54,401 nt of DNA from an uncultured Nitrososphaerota archaeon (GTDB taxonomy: Archaea > Asgardarchaeota > Njordarchaeia > Njordarchaeales > Njordarchaeaceae). The stretch's first letter is position 1, and every line of letters begins with the position of its first letter. The DNA is taken from contig CAZFGR010000013.1 in the NCBI GenBank assembly GCA_964518475.1, forward strand, positions 1 through 54,401. Direction: 5' to 3'. Made by a program: the position numbers and the translations under genes. The notes under the pieces were generated by a model. The model searched no databases. It saw nothing but the letters and a program-made list of their open reading frames with translations, and had not been told where the DNA came from. Below are positions 39,761-49,546 of this stretch, piece by piece.

Positions 39761-40081
39761 TTAAATCACCAGCAATAGTTTTCAAAAACAAATATTTTAA
39801 TAAAATCGAAGAAAAATGTTTCATAATTTGCAAGATATCCTCCCACAAGGATAGCTTCATTAATAAGCCTAATTGATACTTGGCCTTACCTAAGTGGAGT
39901 AAAATAAGAGTGCCGAGTTGCATAGATGCAAGATTATAGAATGCAATTTGAGGATTTCAGTATAGGTATGACTTGATAAATACTAGAATACGTCTTATAG
40001 ATTCTCCTCCCTCTGACTTCGAAATCAGTATTCATAGCTATCTTTATTATCTATATCTTATCTTCCCATTATTTTGATAGA

Positions 40082-40489
40082 TTACGTCAGGAATATCACA
40101 TTCAATCCTCTAAAATGTTCATCTCCTGTGACTACGCGAGCCTTCTCAGCCAAAGCTGTGGCGTATATTATTATGTCAGCTAAACTTGGTTTTTGTTTCA
40201 ACTTCAAACGTTTTGTGTTTTTTGTAAGAATTTTGCGAGCTTCTCCGAGTATTTCTAATACGTCATTATCAATCTCTCTTACAAATGAAACTTCCTTAAT
40301 CACCGATATTCTGTTCACGACGATTTCTTTACTAAGACCTTCTCTATAGTACTTATTTGCTATTTCTGCTAAGACAATTGTGGGGGTTACGATCTCTTCT
40401 CCATTCTCTATGAATTCCTTAACTTTCTCTCCTAGTTTAGATCCTGTGAAAAATTCTATCCATGCATAGCTATCAAATACGAGTGTCAA
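40082..40489 (-). CDS. vapC: VapC PIN-domain toxin
   Basis: VFDSYAW, VLAE, LAD..I.A.A and VTGDEHF motifs. Confidence 0.9.
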   Translation of the reverse strand: MTLVFDSYAWIEFFTGSKLGEKVKEFIENGEEIVTPTIVLAEIANKYYREGLSKEIVVNRISVIKEVSFVREIDNDVLEILGEARKILTKNTKRLKLKQKPSLADIIIYATALAEKARVVTGDEHFRGLNVIFLT

Positions 40490-40676
40490 GCCTGTCCTCC
40501 TCTTTAAACCTACTTATTTTCCCTTTATCTACTCCGAAGTACTCTCTAGCTATTTTCTTTCTTCGTTCGTTAATCAGCCTAATAATTACTTCCTCGATGG
40601 ATTTTGCATTCATGCTTCGCTTCAAGTTCTCAAGTTTCTTAGCAGTTTCGACAGAGACTCTAATTGTTGTAGACAT
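40473..40676 (-). CDS. vapB: VapB-type antitoxin (ribbon-helix-helix)
   Basis: MSTTIRVS.ET...L..LK.....S.EEVI pattern; overlaps vapC. Confidence 0.85.
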   Translation of the reverse strand: MSTTIRVSVETAKKLENLKRSMNAKSIEEVIIRLINERRKKIAREYFGVDKGKISRFKEEDRLDTRI

Positions 40677-41049
40677 TCTATACCACCAATTATCATTCTT
40701 AGATATACACTATCATTGTAGCTAAGTATATAAGTATATCAGTAGATAATTTTTGTGACCGGATAATATACGCGTAACCAACTAAAAGACTCATTAACTA
40801 AACTATCGTTAGCTTATAATGCAGAGAACTAGTTTTTCTCGAAACGAACTATTCGCCATTATAGAGCATAAGAGCACTCCTACTCTTGTTGCTCTAAATA
40901 TTATTTTAGCTATTAAGAAAGATTTGTTTCCCCACGAATTCTCCTAATATCTTAAGAACTTTTAACTAGATTAATGAAGATTATATTTAGTCTTTCTGGC
41001 TAATTATCTTAGCATCTTGTTTTGCATTAATTTTTGGAGAAGATGTTCT

Positions 41050-41793
41050 ATGGATCCGAGGAATAAAGTTGCTCTAATAACTGGCGCGAGTAGAGGGATT
41101 GGGAAAGCTATAGCTCTTCGACTCGCTAAGGAGGGAACCCATGTAGCAGTAAACTATGTTAAAAACAAGGATCTCGCCGAAGAAGTCGCCAGACAGGCAT
41201 CAAGCTACGGGGTAAAAGCTAGGATTTACCAAGCAGATGTTTCTAGTCCCTCTCAGGTAAAGGCTATGGTTGATAGGATCGTCGAAGATTTTGGAGGCAT
41301 TGATATTCTTATCAACAATGCAGGGATTATGGCTACTCATCACTCTATATTGGGCATACCCCTAGAAGAATGGGAAAAGATACTAAGAGTGAATCTGACG
41401 GGAGCATTTATCGTAACAAAAGCCGTTGTCCCCGTAATGATAAAGAGGGGTGGTGGAAAGGTCATTTTCATGTCCTCTGTAGCGGGTAAGAGTGGAGGAA
41501 CCGTTGGTCCTCACTACGCGGCTTCTAAAGCTGGATTAATTGGAATGACATTCTTTCTCGCGCAAGAATTATTAAAATATAACATAACAGTCAACGCAAT
41601 AGCACCTGGACCAATAGAGACAGAGTTAATAGCTAATCTACCCGAAGATGTTAAGGAAAGGATTCTCCAAAAAGTCCCTATGAGAAGATTTGGTAAACCG
41701 GAGGAAGTGGCTGAAGCAGTAATATTCCTGATAAGGTGTGACTATGTTACTGGCGAGGTAATAGATGTTAATGGCGGGTACTACATGGATTAG
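41050..41793 (+). CDS. fabG: SDR oxidoreductase, FabG-like 3-oxoacyl reductase
   Basis: TGASRGIG, NNAG, YAASK, NAIAPG and VNGG motifs. Start at ATG 41050 (track 41017). Confidence 0.85.
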   Translation: MDPRNKVALITGASRGIGKAIALRLAKEGTHVAVNYVKNKDLAEEVARQASSYGVKARIYQADVSSPSQVKAMVDRIVEDFGGIDILINNAGIMATHHSILGIPLEEWEKILRVNLTGAFIVTKAVVPVMIKRGGGKVIFMSSVAGKSGGTVGPHYAASKAGLIGMTFFLAQELLKYNITVNAIAPGPIETELIANLPEDVKERILQKVPMRRFGKPEEVAEAVIFLIRCDYVTGEVIDVNGGYYMD

Positions 41794-41856
41794 AACTCAT
41801 TATACCTAGAATAATCGATGATTGAGATTTTGATCTTTAACCAATGTCTTTAAAGT

Positions 41857-42651
41857 ATGAATGAGTTGATAAGAATGGAAGGTTTTATAGATACTTTATC
41901 GGGGATGAGTCTTTTTCAGAGAGTAATTATCATAGCGTTAATTCCTGCCATACTTACAACGATTGGAGCGGCACCAGCGCTTTTCTATAGGTTTAAGACT
42001 GAGAAGTATCGCTCAATAGGTCTAGGCTTTTCTGCGGGTATTATGTTGGTAGCGTCTTTTACTAGCTTATTAATCCCAGCTATAGAGGTGAGTAGTGCTT
42101 TTCTAGGAATTCTGGGTTTTGTCTTAGGTCTTTTCGTAGTAAAAGGATTAGATATAGTGATTCCTCATGAACACTTTGAAAAGGGTTATGAGGGTCTATC
42201 GATAAGCGGAAAGGAACTAAAGAAATTATGGTTACTGGCTCTAGCCATGATTATTCATAATATTCCAGAAGGAATGGCGGTAGGAGCGAGCACCGTATAT
42301 AGTATTGAAGACGGTTTGCTTTTAGCTATCGCTATAGGCTTACAAGATATGCCAGAAGGCTTAGCAGTTTCTATGCCGTTAGCCTCTATGGAGAAGGGGA
42401 GAGTGAAAGGATTCTTAGTAGGAGCTCTAAGCGGTTTTTCAGAGACCTTAGCTGCTCTAATTCCTCTAATCATAGTAACGTATATAACCACAGCTCTGCC
42501 TCTTTTAATGGCTTTAGCGGCAGGCGCCATGGTTTATGTAGTTATTCACGAAATAGTGCCAGATATTATGAATAAGGAGCATAGTGAGGAGGCTTCTATA
42601 GGCTTTTTCTTAGGTTTTATAGTTATGCTTTTCTTAGATTCCATCTTTTAG
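41857..42651 (+). CDS. ZIP-family metal transporter (ZupT/GufA)
   Basis: HNIPEG, QDMPEG and AAGAMVYV..E..P motifs. Confidence 0.9.
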   Translation: MNELIRMEGFIDTLSGMSLFQRVIIIALIPAILTTIGAAPALFYRFKTEKYRSIGLGFSAGIMLVASFTSLLIPAIEVSSAFLGILGFVLGLFVVKGLDIVIPHEHFEKGYEGLSISGKELKKLWLLALAMIIHNIPEGMAVGASTVYSIEDGLLLAIAIGLQDMPEGLAVSMPLASMEKGRVKGFLVGALSGFSETLAALIPLIIVTYITTALPLLMALAAGAMVYVVIHEIVPDIMNKEHSEEASIGFFLGFIVMLFLDSIF

Positions 42652-43610
42652 TAAGTAGTCACGAATAATCGTTCAAATATTTCAATATCATTTATCTTTA
42701 CTGGTTCATGCTCATAGGTAAAGTGTAATACCCTCATAGGCTCCCAAATCACACTAAATAGCTTAGAAACTTTCCTAGATATTCTTGGTTTGGGAAGGAC
42801 GGAATTTCTATATACAAAGAAGCAGTATAGGAGAGGTATAGCAAATTGTGTAACATCAATAATATCTTCACGCGGAACCTTTGGCAAGATAGGATAAAAC
42901 ATTCTCAGGATTCTCTCAACTTTCTTACTTTGATAAAGGATTTCGGGAATCTTATAACTTTCTAGTGCTCTGAAAGAGACCCACACACAAAACTCCTCCT
43001 CTTCATCCCTCTTAATGGGAGAATACTTTGCCTTCTTTATCCCCTCTAAGTATGTAGAAATATCTTCGATAATATGGTGAGTCAATGCATGAAAATAAGA
43101 AAACACTGCAAAAACTACGAAGAAAGATGCAATAAAAGCATTTAGATTTCTCAGAAGCTGCCTAAGCATCAGCCATCTATCAGGAAATTTCTTTCCCAAG
43201 AAAGCAAGTTTATCCTTGTCAATCGCAAGGTATGAAAGAGCAGCAAACTCCAAAAAATCCTCAATAATGTTCTTTGCACGAAAATAGATACCATAGCTAC
43301 GTAAGTCTAGGTGATAGGGATAATAAAAGGTGTAAGGATCAACAATGATGCTCTTACCATATTTCTTCACATCAACTCTCTTAACTCTAGCAAAGGTTTT
43401 CAAGTCCTTTAGATTACGCAAGTATAGTATTCGAGATTCTAAATCAATAGTTTCTGGCAGAATAACCTTTTCCATCTCCTTCTTCTTAGGCTCAGTATCG
43501 GCATCTATAATAAAACTTAGGAAAGATTCGGGGAGCCAAGGAGTTAATTCGTATTCACCAACAGGAAGAATAAGCTGGGAAAGCACATGTTTATCCTTTT
43601 CACGCCACAT
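42648..43610 (-). CDS. Hypothetical protein with degenerate zincin-like motif
   Basis: FYYPYH....YGIYF, FHALTHHIIE and EEEFC motifs. Confidence 0.6.
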   Translation of the reverse strand: MWREKDKHVLSQLILPVGEYELTPWLPESFLSFIIDADTEPKKKEMEKVILPETIDLESRILYLRNLKDLKTFARVKRVDVKKYGKSIIVDPYTFYYPYHLDLRSYGIYFRAKNIIEDFLEFAALSYLAIDKDKLAFLGKKFPDRWLMLRQLLRNLNAFIASFFVVFAVFSYFHALTHHIIEDISTYLEGIKKAKYSPIKRDEEEEFCVWVSFRALESYKIPEILYQSKKVERILRMFYPILPKVPREDIIDVTQFAIPLLYCFFVYRNSVLPKPRISRKVSKLFSVIWEPMRVLHFTYEHEPVKINDIEIFERLFVTTY

Positions 43611-43914
43611 TCAAAGAACCCAGCTCGATAGAGTCTTAACATGAAACACGGAAAAACTAGTATTTAAGTTATTAACCTAAGGGATGTGAAGACGATAGGT
43701 AGTCATTTTATTTTACTCATACTGGGATTTCCCAGGTAGTGATATTTAGGAATCAAATGTTGCGTCTTAATTACTTTTGGTAATTTATTGGATTTTAGTA
43801 AAGGCGCTTAGGGCTCTGGATATTCTTAGTATTGTATCATTATTTTTATTAATATACATCCTAATGATGCAGAAAGTAGTAGTGGGGGTTTAACTTCTTT
43901 ATCTGGGGTCTCTT

Positions 43915-45642
43915 TTGAGTACACCGTTTCGAGAGCTTGCAGAGCTTTGTGAAAAACTTGAGAAATTGACCGAGAGAATTCCCAAGATAAGTATGATTAG
44001 TGCTTTTCTCAAGAAACTTTCTAAGGATGAATTAGCACCAGCTGTGAGATTAATTATTGGGAAAATTTTTCCTGACTGGAGTCAGTATACGCTAGAGATT
44101 TCTTGGGCAACTATAATAAAAATTGTTCAGGAACTAACAAAGGCTTCTCCCAAGGAATTATTAGAAGCTTTTAATAAGACTGGCGACCCCGGCGAAATGG
44201 TTGAATTAATAATGAAAAACAAAAAAGTTATTCGCCAAGCCACGCTTTTCGAAGAACCTTTAACGATATTAAATGTTTACCGGACTTTGGAGTCTATAGC
44301 TAAAATTAGAGGCAGTGGTAGTCGAGTGAGAAAAGAAGCCATCGTAAAGTCATTGCTTAGTAGGGCATCCCCCCTAGAAGCAAAGTACTTAGTGAAAATT
44401 ATGCTAGGAGAGATGCGTCACGGCGTCTCTGAGGGATTAATGGAGGAGGCCATAGCTAAGGCGGCTGATGTATCCCTTGAGCTTGTTGAAAGAGCACACA
44501 TGTTTCTTGGGGATATTGGGGAGGTAGCGTACATCGCTCTTACGCAGGGGGCTAAAGGGCTTGAAAATGTGCATTTGCAACTTTTTCGTCCACTAAAACC
44601 TATGTTAGCGCAGCAAGCAGAGAGAGTTCAAGAGGCTTTAAGAGAGCATGGCGGCAAAACCGCATTTGAGTACAAATTTGATGGAGCGAGAGTTCAGATA
44701 CATGTTAAGGACGGTGAGGTGAAAATATTTAGTAGACGATTAACGGATGTCACAAAAAGTCTTCCTGACGTTGTAGAAATTGTTAAGAAGGGTCTAAGAG
44801 CTAGAGAGGCTGTTGTAGAAGGAGAAGTAGTTGCGATAGGGGAAAATGATAAGCCTTTGCCTTTTCAGCATTTGATGAGAAGGTTCAGGAGAGTACGGGA
44901 GATTAGTAAAATGATACATGAGATCCCTGTGAAATTGTATCTCTTCGATATACTGTATCTTGATGGTGAATTACTTATAGATAGTCCTTATGTAAAGAGA
45001 CGCGAAATCTTATCTAAGGTAGTGAATGGAATTCCATTAACGCCCCAGATCATAACCGATGATCCTAGAATTGCTGAAAACTTTCTCGAAAAAGCTATAA
45101 ATGAAGGGCACGAAGGGCTGATGGCGAAGAAACTAGATAGCAAATATACACCTGGCATAAGAGGAAAGCTCTGGCTAAAAATTAAGCCTGTTCTCACAAC
45201 ATTAGATCTCGTTATAGTAGCTGCTGATTGGGGTTATGGTAGAAGAAAAAATTGGTTATCCGACTATTACCTAGCGGCTAGAGATGAAAAGACAGGAAAA
45301 TTCTTGGTCGTTGGGAAGACGTTTAAGGGGTTAACAGATGAAGAATTCGAGGAAATGACGAGGCGTTTACTACAGCTTAAAATAGGGGAAAGAGGTCGTA
45401 CAGTCTATGTTCGACCAGAAATAGTTGTAGAAGTGGCTTTTAACGAGATCCAGAAATCTCCTAAGTATAAATCGGGCTATGCTCTAAGATTCGCAAGAAT
45501 TGTACGAATAAGAGATGATAAGTCTCCAGAAGAAGCCGATACTATCCAGAGAATAGAAGAACTTTACAAGAAGCAATTTCTGGCAAAAGCTGAAGTGAGG
45601 AGAGATGAAAATCTCTTGCAGAGGAATAATTACCAGAAGTAA
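43915..45642 (+). CDS. lig: ATP-dependent DNA ligase
   Basis: EYKFDGARVQ (motif I), EGEVV, LFDILY, EGLMAK, WLKIK and LRFAR..RIR.DK motifs. Confidence 0.96.
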   Translation: MSTPFRELAELCEKLEKLTERIPKISMISAFLKKLSKDELAPAVRLIIGKIFPDWSQYTLEISWATIIKIVQELTKASPKELLEAFNKTGDPGEMVELIMKNKKVIRQATLFEEPLTILNVYRTLESIAKIRGSGSRVRKEAIVKSLLSRASPLEAKYLVKIMLGEMRHGVSEGLMEEAIAKAADVSLELVERAHMFLGDIGEVAYIALTQGAKGLENVHLQLFRPLKPMLAQQAERVQEALREHGGKTAFEYKFDGARVQIHVKDGEVKIFSRRLTDVTKSLPDVVEIVKKGLRAREAVVEGEVVAIGENDKPLPFQHLMRRFRRVREISKMIHEIPVKLYLFDILYLDGELLIDSPYVKRREILSKVVNGIPLTPQIITDDPRIAENFLEKAINEGHEGLMAKKLDSKYTPGIRGKLWLKIKPVLTTLDLVIVAADWGYGRRKNWLSDYYLAARDEKTGKFLVVGKTFKGLTDEEFEEMTRRLLQLKIGERGRTVYVRPEIVVEVAFNEIQKSPKYKSGYALRFARIVRIRDDKSPEEADTIQRIEELYKKQFLAKAEVRRDENLLQRNNYQK

Positions 45643-45886
45643 TTATTATTCATAATTAAGTCTTGTCTTTCCATAGTCTAATCAATATCTCGATCTCGCA
45701 TTTGACAAAATATTTCTCCCTGGTGAGTGTATAGGATCTCTAAGCAATATCTCTTTTGATCTGTGAACTCTTTGAGGAATTCTTCTGGTGATAAAAAGCA
45801 TTATTAATGAATGTCTTCATGAAATTGTTTATAGGAGAAACGGGAACAATTGTTGAGAAAAGAGATATAGTGGTGGGAGAAACATA

Positions 45887-47119
45887 ATGGGTAGTGATTC
45901 AGTGAGAATAGTACATACAGCAGATTTCCACCTAGGAGTATCTTTCAGGAATATTACTGGATACAACGTTAGTGAGGTAAGAAGAGAGGATTTCAAAAAG
46001 AATATTGCGAGAATTTTTAGCGAGGCGATTAATCGCGACGCTGACATGATTCTCATTTCGGGAGATGTTTTCCATAGATCGGACCCCTCTAATAGAGATT
46101 TCGTATTCATAGCAAATCAAGTAGGTAGAGCGGCTGAGAACGGCATTTACGTGATCATAATAGCAGGGAACCATGATAAACCAAAAACCACTTATGCACA
46201 AAGTCCCTTGCAAGGACTTGTGGAAGCTCATGCACCATACTTCTATTACTTCCAGTCAATCCCCAATGGACCATTAATAATTAATATTAATAAGGAAAGT
46301 AAGCGAGCAAAAGTTGCTGTAGTGCCTATACCCTACGTTGATCCACGCATAGTAAATGAGATTAGCGAAGGAAGCATAAGTTATGGGAAATTTATCAATG
46401 AGGAAATCTCTAGACTAATAGATAGCATACCTCCCGATGTTGATTACAAGATTCTAATGGCTCATGTCACTGTTAAGGGGGCGGAGTTGAAAAATATATG
46501 GTCCGTATACATCAACGAGCCAACCGTTGCTCGAAGCGACCTCATAGAACACTTCTTTGACTACATAGCGTTAGGTCATATACATACTCCCCAAGAAATC
46601 TCTAAAAAAGTGGTTTATGCTGGTTCTATTGAGAGAATTGATTTTTCAGAGCTCGGTGAAGAAAAAAGCTTTGTGCTTGCTGAATTATCGGAGGACGGAG
46701 TAAGTATTAATCGAGCGCCCCTAGAATGCAGGCCAATGCTATCAACTGATACTATAAAGATTAAGAATGCTCTTATGCCTGATAAGGCTCTCTCAGATAT
46801 ACTAGAAAGCCTAGCAATCCCATCTGGAAGCATACTTAGGATTATTCTTGAAGCCGACGAGATAACGTGGAAAAAACTCATGAAGGGAAAAGAAATTTTG
46901 GAGGATTTCCTTTTCAACAAAAAGAAGATCCTTGGATATTATCTCAAGCACATTAATCCTCACTCACCTATGCCAGAAAACATTGATACTGAATTACGGA
47001 GAATCTCGTTGCGAGAAAAAATAATAGAGTATATCAAGAATCTAGACATCGATAACAGGGTTAAGGAAAGAGCTCTTGAATTAGTGAAAGATATTCTAGA
47101 GGAGGCCAGAGTGCCATGA
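45887..47119 (+). CDS. mre11: Mre11/SbcD nuclease
   Basis: HTADFHLG, GDVFH, AGNHD, MAH, ALGHIH and YAGSIER motifs. Confidence 0.9.
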   Translation: MGSDSVRIVHTADFHLGVSFRNITGYNVSEVRREDFKKNIARIFSEAINRDADMILISGDVFHRSDPSNRDFVFIANQVGRAAENGIYVIIIAGNHDKPKTTYAQSPLQGLVEAHAPYFYYFQSIPNGPLIININKESKRAKVAVVPIPYVDPRIVNEISEGSISYGKFINEEISRLIDSIPPDVDYKILMAHVTVKGAELKNIWSVYINEPTVARSDLIEHFFDYIALGHIHTPQEISKKVVYAGSIERIDFSELGEEKSFVLAELSEDGVSINRAPLECRPMLSTDTIKIKNALMPDKALSDILESLAIPSGSILRIILEADEITWKKLMKGKEILEDFLFNKKKILGYYLKHINPHSPMPENIDTELRRISLREKIIEYIKNLDIDNRVKERALELVKDILEEARVP

Positions 47120-49494
47120 AGCTAGTAAGACTACGTATAGAGAACATAGCTACCTACGAAAAAGCCGAGATCGTATTTGACAATATAGAGTACCCCCTAT
47201 TCGTAACAGGAAAAACTGGTGCTGGCAAGACAACGTTATTCGTAGATGCTTTAACGGCTGCATTGTTTGGTGGTGCATACGGAGCTAAGACGGGGTATAG
47301 AAATCTTGTAATGGAGGGTAAGAATAGGGGTCTTGTCGAGCTGGAGTTCGAGATAGGTGATACAATTTATTTCGTGAGACGCGTCTTTTTCAGGGATAAA
47401 TCTCCTTCAGCAATTCTCTATGTCAGAGATAAAAGTAGCGGAAATAGTCTGAGAATAATGGCTCAGAGCGCTCGTATAGTTGATGAGAGAATAAGAAAAT
47501 TAACTGGTCTTGATTATGAAGTACTTCTAAACTCTGTTATAGTGAGGCAAGGCGATGTTTATGAGTTCTTGAGAAAAAGACCCAGCGAAAGACGAGATTT
47601 GCTAGTGGATATCTTGCGAATCCGCATGGATAATTTGAGAGACCTAGTCAAAAAGAAGACAGATAATCTGGAGAAAGAAAAGGCAAAGCTTGAGAAAGAA
47701 AAAGAGATCTTAGAAAGAGAAGTTTCCAAAAAAGAAGAGATTCAGAAGGAGATAGAGAACATAGAAAAAGAACTGCCAGTTTTGAGCAAAAAAGAATCCG
47801 GATTAAGAAGAGTAGAGGAAGAACTAGAGGCACAGAAAAGAGACTTGGATAACCGATTAGGCGAGATAAAGTCACAACTCGATAAAATGCTTGAGAGCGA
47901 AAAAAACCTTAAGACGCTTCGAGAAAAACTGCAAAACATCGAAGAGGAGATTTCTCGCATTAAGGAAGCCATTAATAGGTTTGGCGTCGAGAAGCTCCAA
48001 TCAGTTAATGAATACATGAAATATGTCAGGGAACTAAACTCATTAAAAATGAGGATAAAGGAACTCCAGATGCAGAAAGAAAAATACGAGAACCTCTTGA
48101 AAATGAAAAAAGAGATAGAGAACCTAAAGAAAGAATTAATGGAACTTGGAAACGTTGAAGAAAAAGAGAATGAACTACTGGTTATGCGAGATAATCTCAG
48201 TAAAGAACGAGGAGTAATAGAGGGAAAAATCCAGACGGTTAAGGATGTTCTAAAGAAACTGGATGAGGCTGAGGCTTACTGCCCAGTATGCGGCTCATTG
48301 TTACCCCCCAATAAAAAGGTTGAGAGGAAGAAGCATTTAAAGAATGAGTTATCTGGACTAGAAAATAAGCTACGAGATGTCCTCAAAGAACTAAAACGGA
48401 TCGAGACTGAGGCAACACTTATTCGGGAAAAAGTCAAGCGTAAAAGAGATTTGCAGTCAAGACTTATTGTTCTCCGGAGAAATATTGAAAAAGAAGATGT
48501 TAGCGAAGTTAGCGAGGAGAACTTTCAAAGGATATGTTTCGAGCTGGAGGAGCTAGAAAGAAAATATGATGAAAAATTAAAATTACTCCAAGAGTTTTCC
48601 GGTGAAGAGGAGTTAGAGAAAATAGAGGAAGTTTTGCAGCAAATGCTTGATGCTTCTTATAAACTGGATAGTTTAAGGGATAAGGAGGCTCTTAGGGATC
48701 ATCTCTTAGGACAGATTCGTTCATTAGAGGCAGCATTAGAAGATAAAAAGAAGCTAATTCTAGAACAGGAAAGACTAGAAAAAGAACGCGAGAGTATCGA
48801 AAATAAAATAGCTACAATTAGGAAAGAGTTGGAGAATACTATTGGACGAAGAAATAGGCTTGAAGAGAAACTAAAAACGCTCAGAGAAGAATTAGAGAAG
48901 ATTCTGAAAAAAGAAAAGAGGTTGGATCAGGTAAAGAATGAAATTGCGAAGCTTCTACTCGATATTCAGGCGTATAAAGTTTTGGATGAAAAGGTTTTTG
49001 CTCCAGGAGCTCTTCCGACAAGGCTGCTAAAAGATTATGTGGAGCTACTCCAAGAATACACGAATGACTATCTCAGAATCTTTGGGCAACCAATAGAGGT
49101 GGAGTTCATTTTTAGTCAGAGAGGCTCTTCTCAATCCATAGATATGAACATATATTCCAACGGTTTTAAACGGGAAATCCGAACATTCAGCGGTGGAGAA
49201 CAAACATTAATTGGATTCGCTATTAGATTAGCTATTGGAAAATTGCTTGCACAGCTTTACTCACGAAAACATCGACCAAGATTCTTGATAATAGATGAAG
49301 GATTCGGACCGCTTGATGAAGAGCTTAGATTAGAAGTAGCTGAGGCGCTCTCTAGACTTCAAACTAGTGGAGAGTATGATCAGATAATAGTCATTTCTCA
49401 TCATCAGGAATTGAGGAATAATCCAGCATTCAAGACAATACTAGAAGTTGTGAAGGATAATAGAAATATCAGTCAGTTAAGAAAGGTTACATAA
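47116..49494 (+). CDS. rad50: Rad50/SbcC SMC-like ATPase
   Basis: GKTGAGKTT, Q-loop VRQG, coiled coil with CPVC zinc hook, FSGGE, IIDEGFG and ISHH; ATGA overlap with mre11. Confidence 0.92.
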   Translation: MKLVRLRIENIATYEKAEIVFDNIEYPLFVTGKTGAGKTTLFVDALTAALFGGAYGAKTGYRNLVMEGKNRGLVELEFEIGDTIYFVRRVFFRDKSPSAILYVRDKSSGNSLRIMAQSARIVDERIRKLTGLDYEVLLNSVIVRQGDVYEFLRKRPSERRDLLVDILRIRMDNLRDLVKKKTDNLEKEKAKLEKEKEILEREVSKKEEIQKEIENIEKELPVLSKKESGLRRVEEELEAQKRDLDNRLGEIKSQLDKMLESEKNLKTLREKLQNIEEEISRIKEAINRFGVEKLQSVNEYMKYVRELNSLKMRIKELQMQKEKYENLLKMKKEIENLKKELMELGNVEEKENELLVMRDNLSKERGVIEGKIQTVKDVLKKLDEAEAYCPVCGSLLPPNKKVERKKHLKNELSGLENKLRDVLKELKRIETEATLIREKVKRKRDLQSRLIVLRRNIEKEDVSEVSEENFQRICFELEELERKYDEKLKLLQEFSGEEELEKIEEVLQQMLDASYKLDSLRDKEALRDHLLGQIRSLEAALEDKKKLILEQERLEKERESIENKIATIRKELENTIGRRNRLEEKLKTLREELEKILKKEKRLDQVKNEIAKLLLDIQAYKVLDEKVFAPGALPTRLLKDYVELLQEYTNDYLRIFGQPIEVEFIFSQRGSSQSIDMNIYSNGFKREIRTFSGGEQTLIGFAIRLAIGKLLAQLYSRKHRPRFLIIDEGFGPLDEELRLEVAEALSRLQTSGEYDQIIVISHHQELRNNPAFKTILEVVKDNRNISQLRKVT

Positions 49495-49546
49495 AAGCCC
49501 TTCTAATAATTTTCACAAATATTAGAAAAAGGATTTTTGTGGAGAA

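Noticed and set aside
39675-39923. 82-aa minus ORF
   Set aside because: Overlaps the start of 39017..39760 in another frame; no SD or recognisable motifs.
43721-43736. CTGGG-ATTT-CCCAG hairpin between the divergent hypothetical gene and lig
   Set aside because: A 5-bp stem with no second copy; compatible with chance.
45677-45800. Short minus-strand frame LSPEEFLKEFTDQKRY...
   Set aside because: No start codon or SD and too short to call, even as a remnant.
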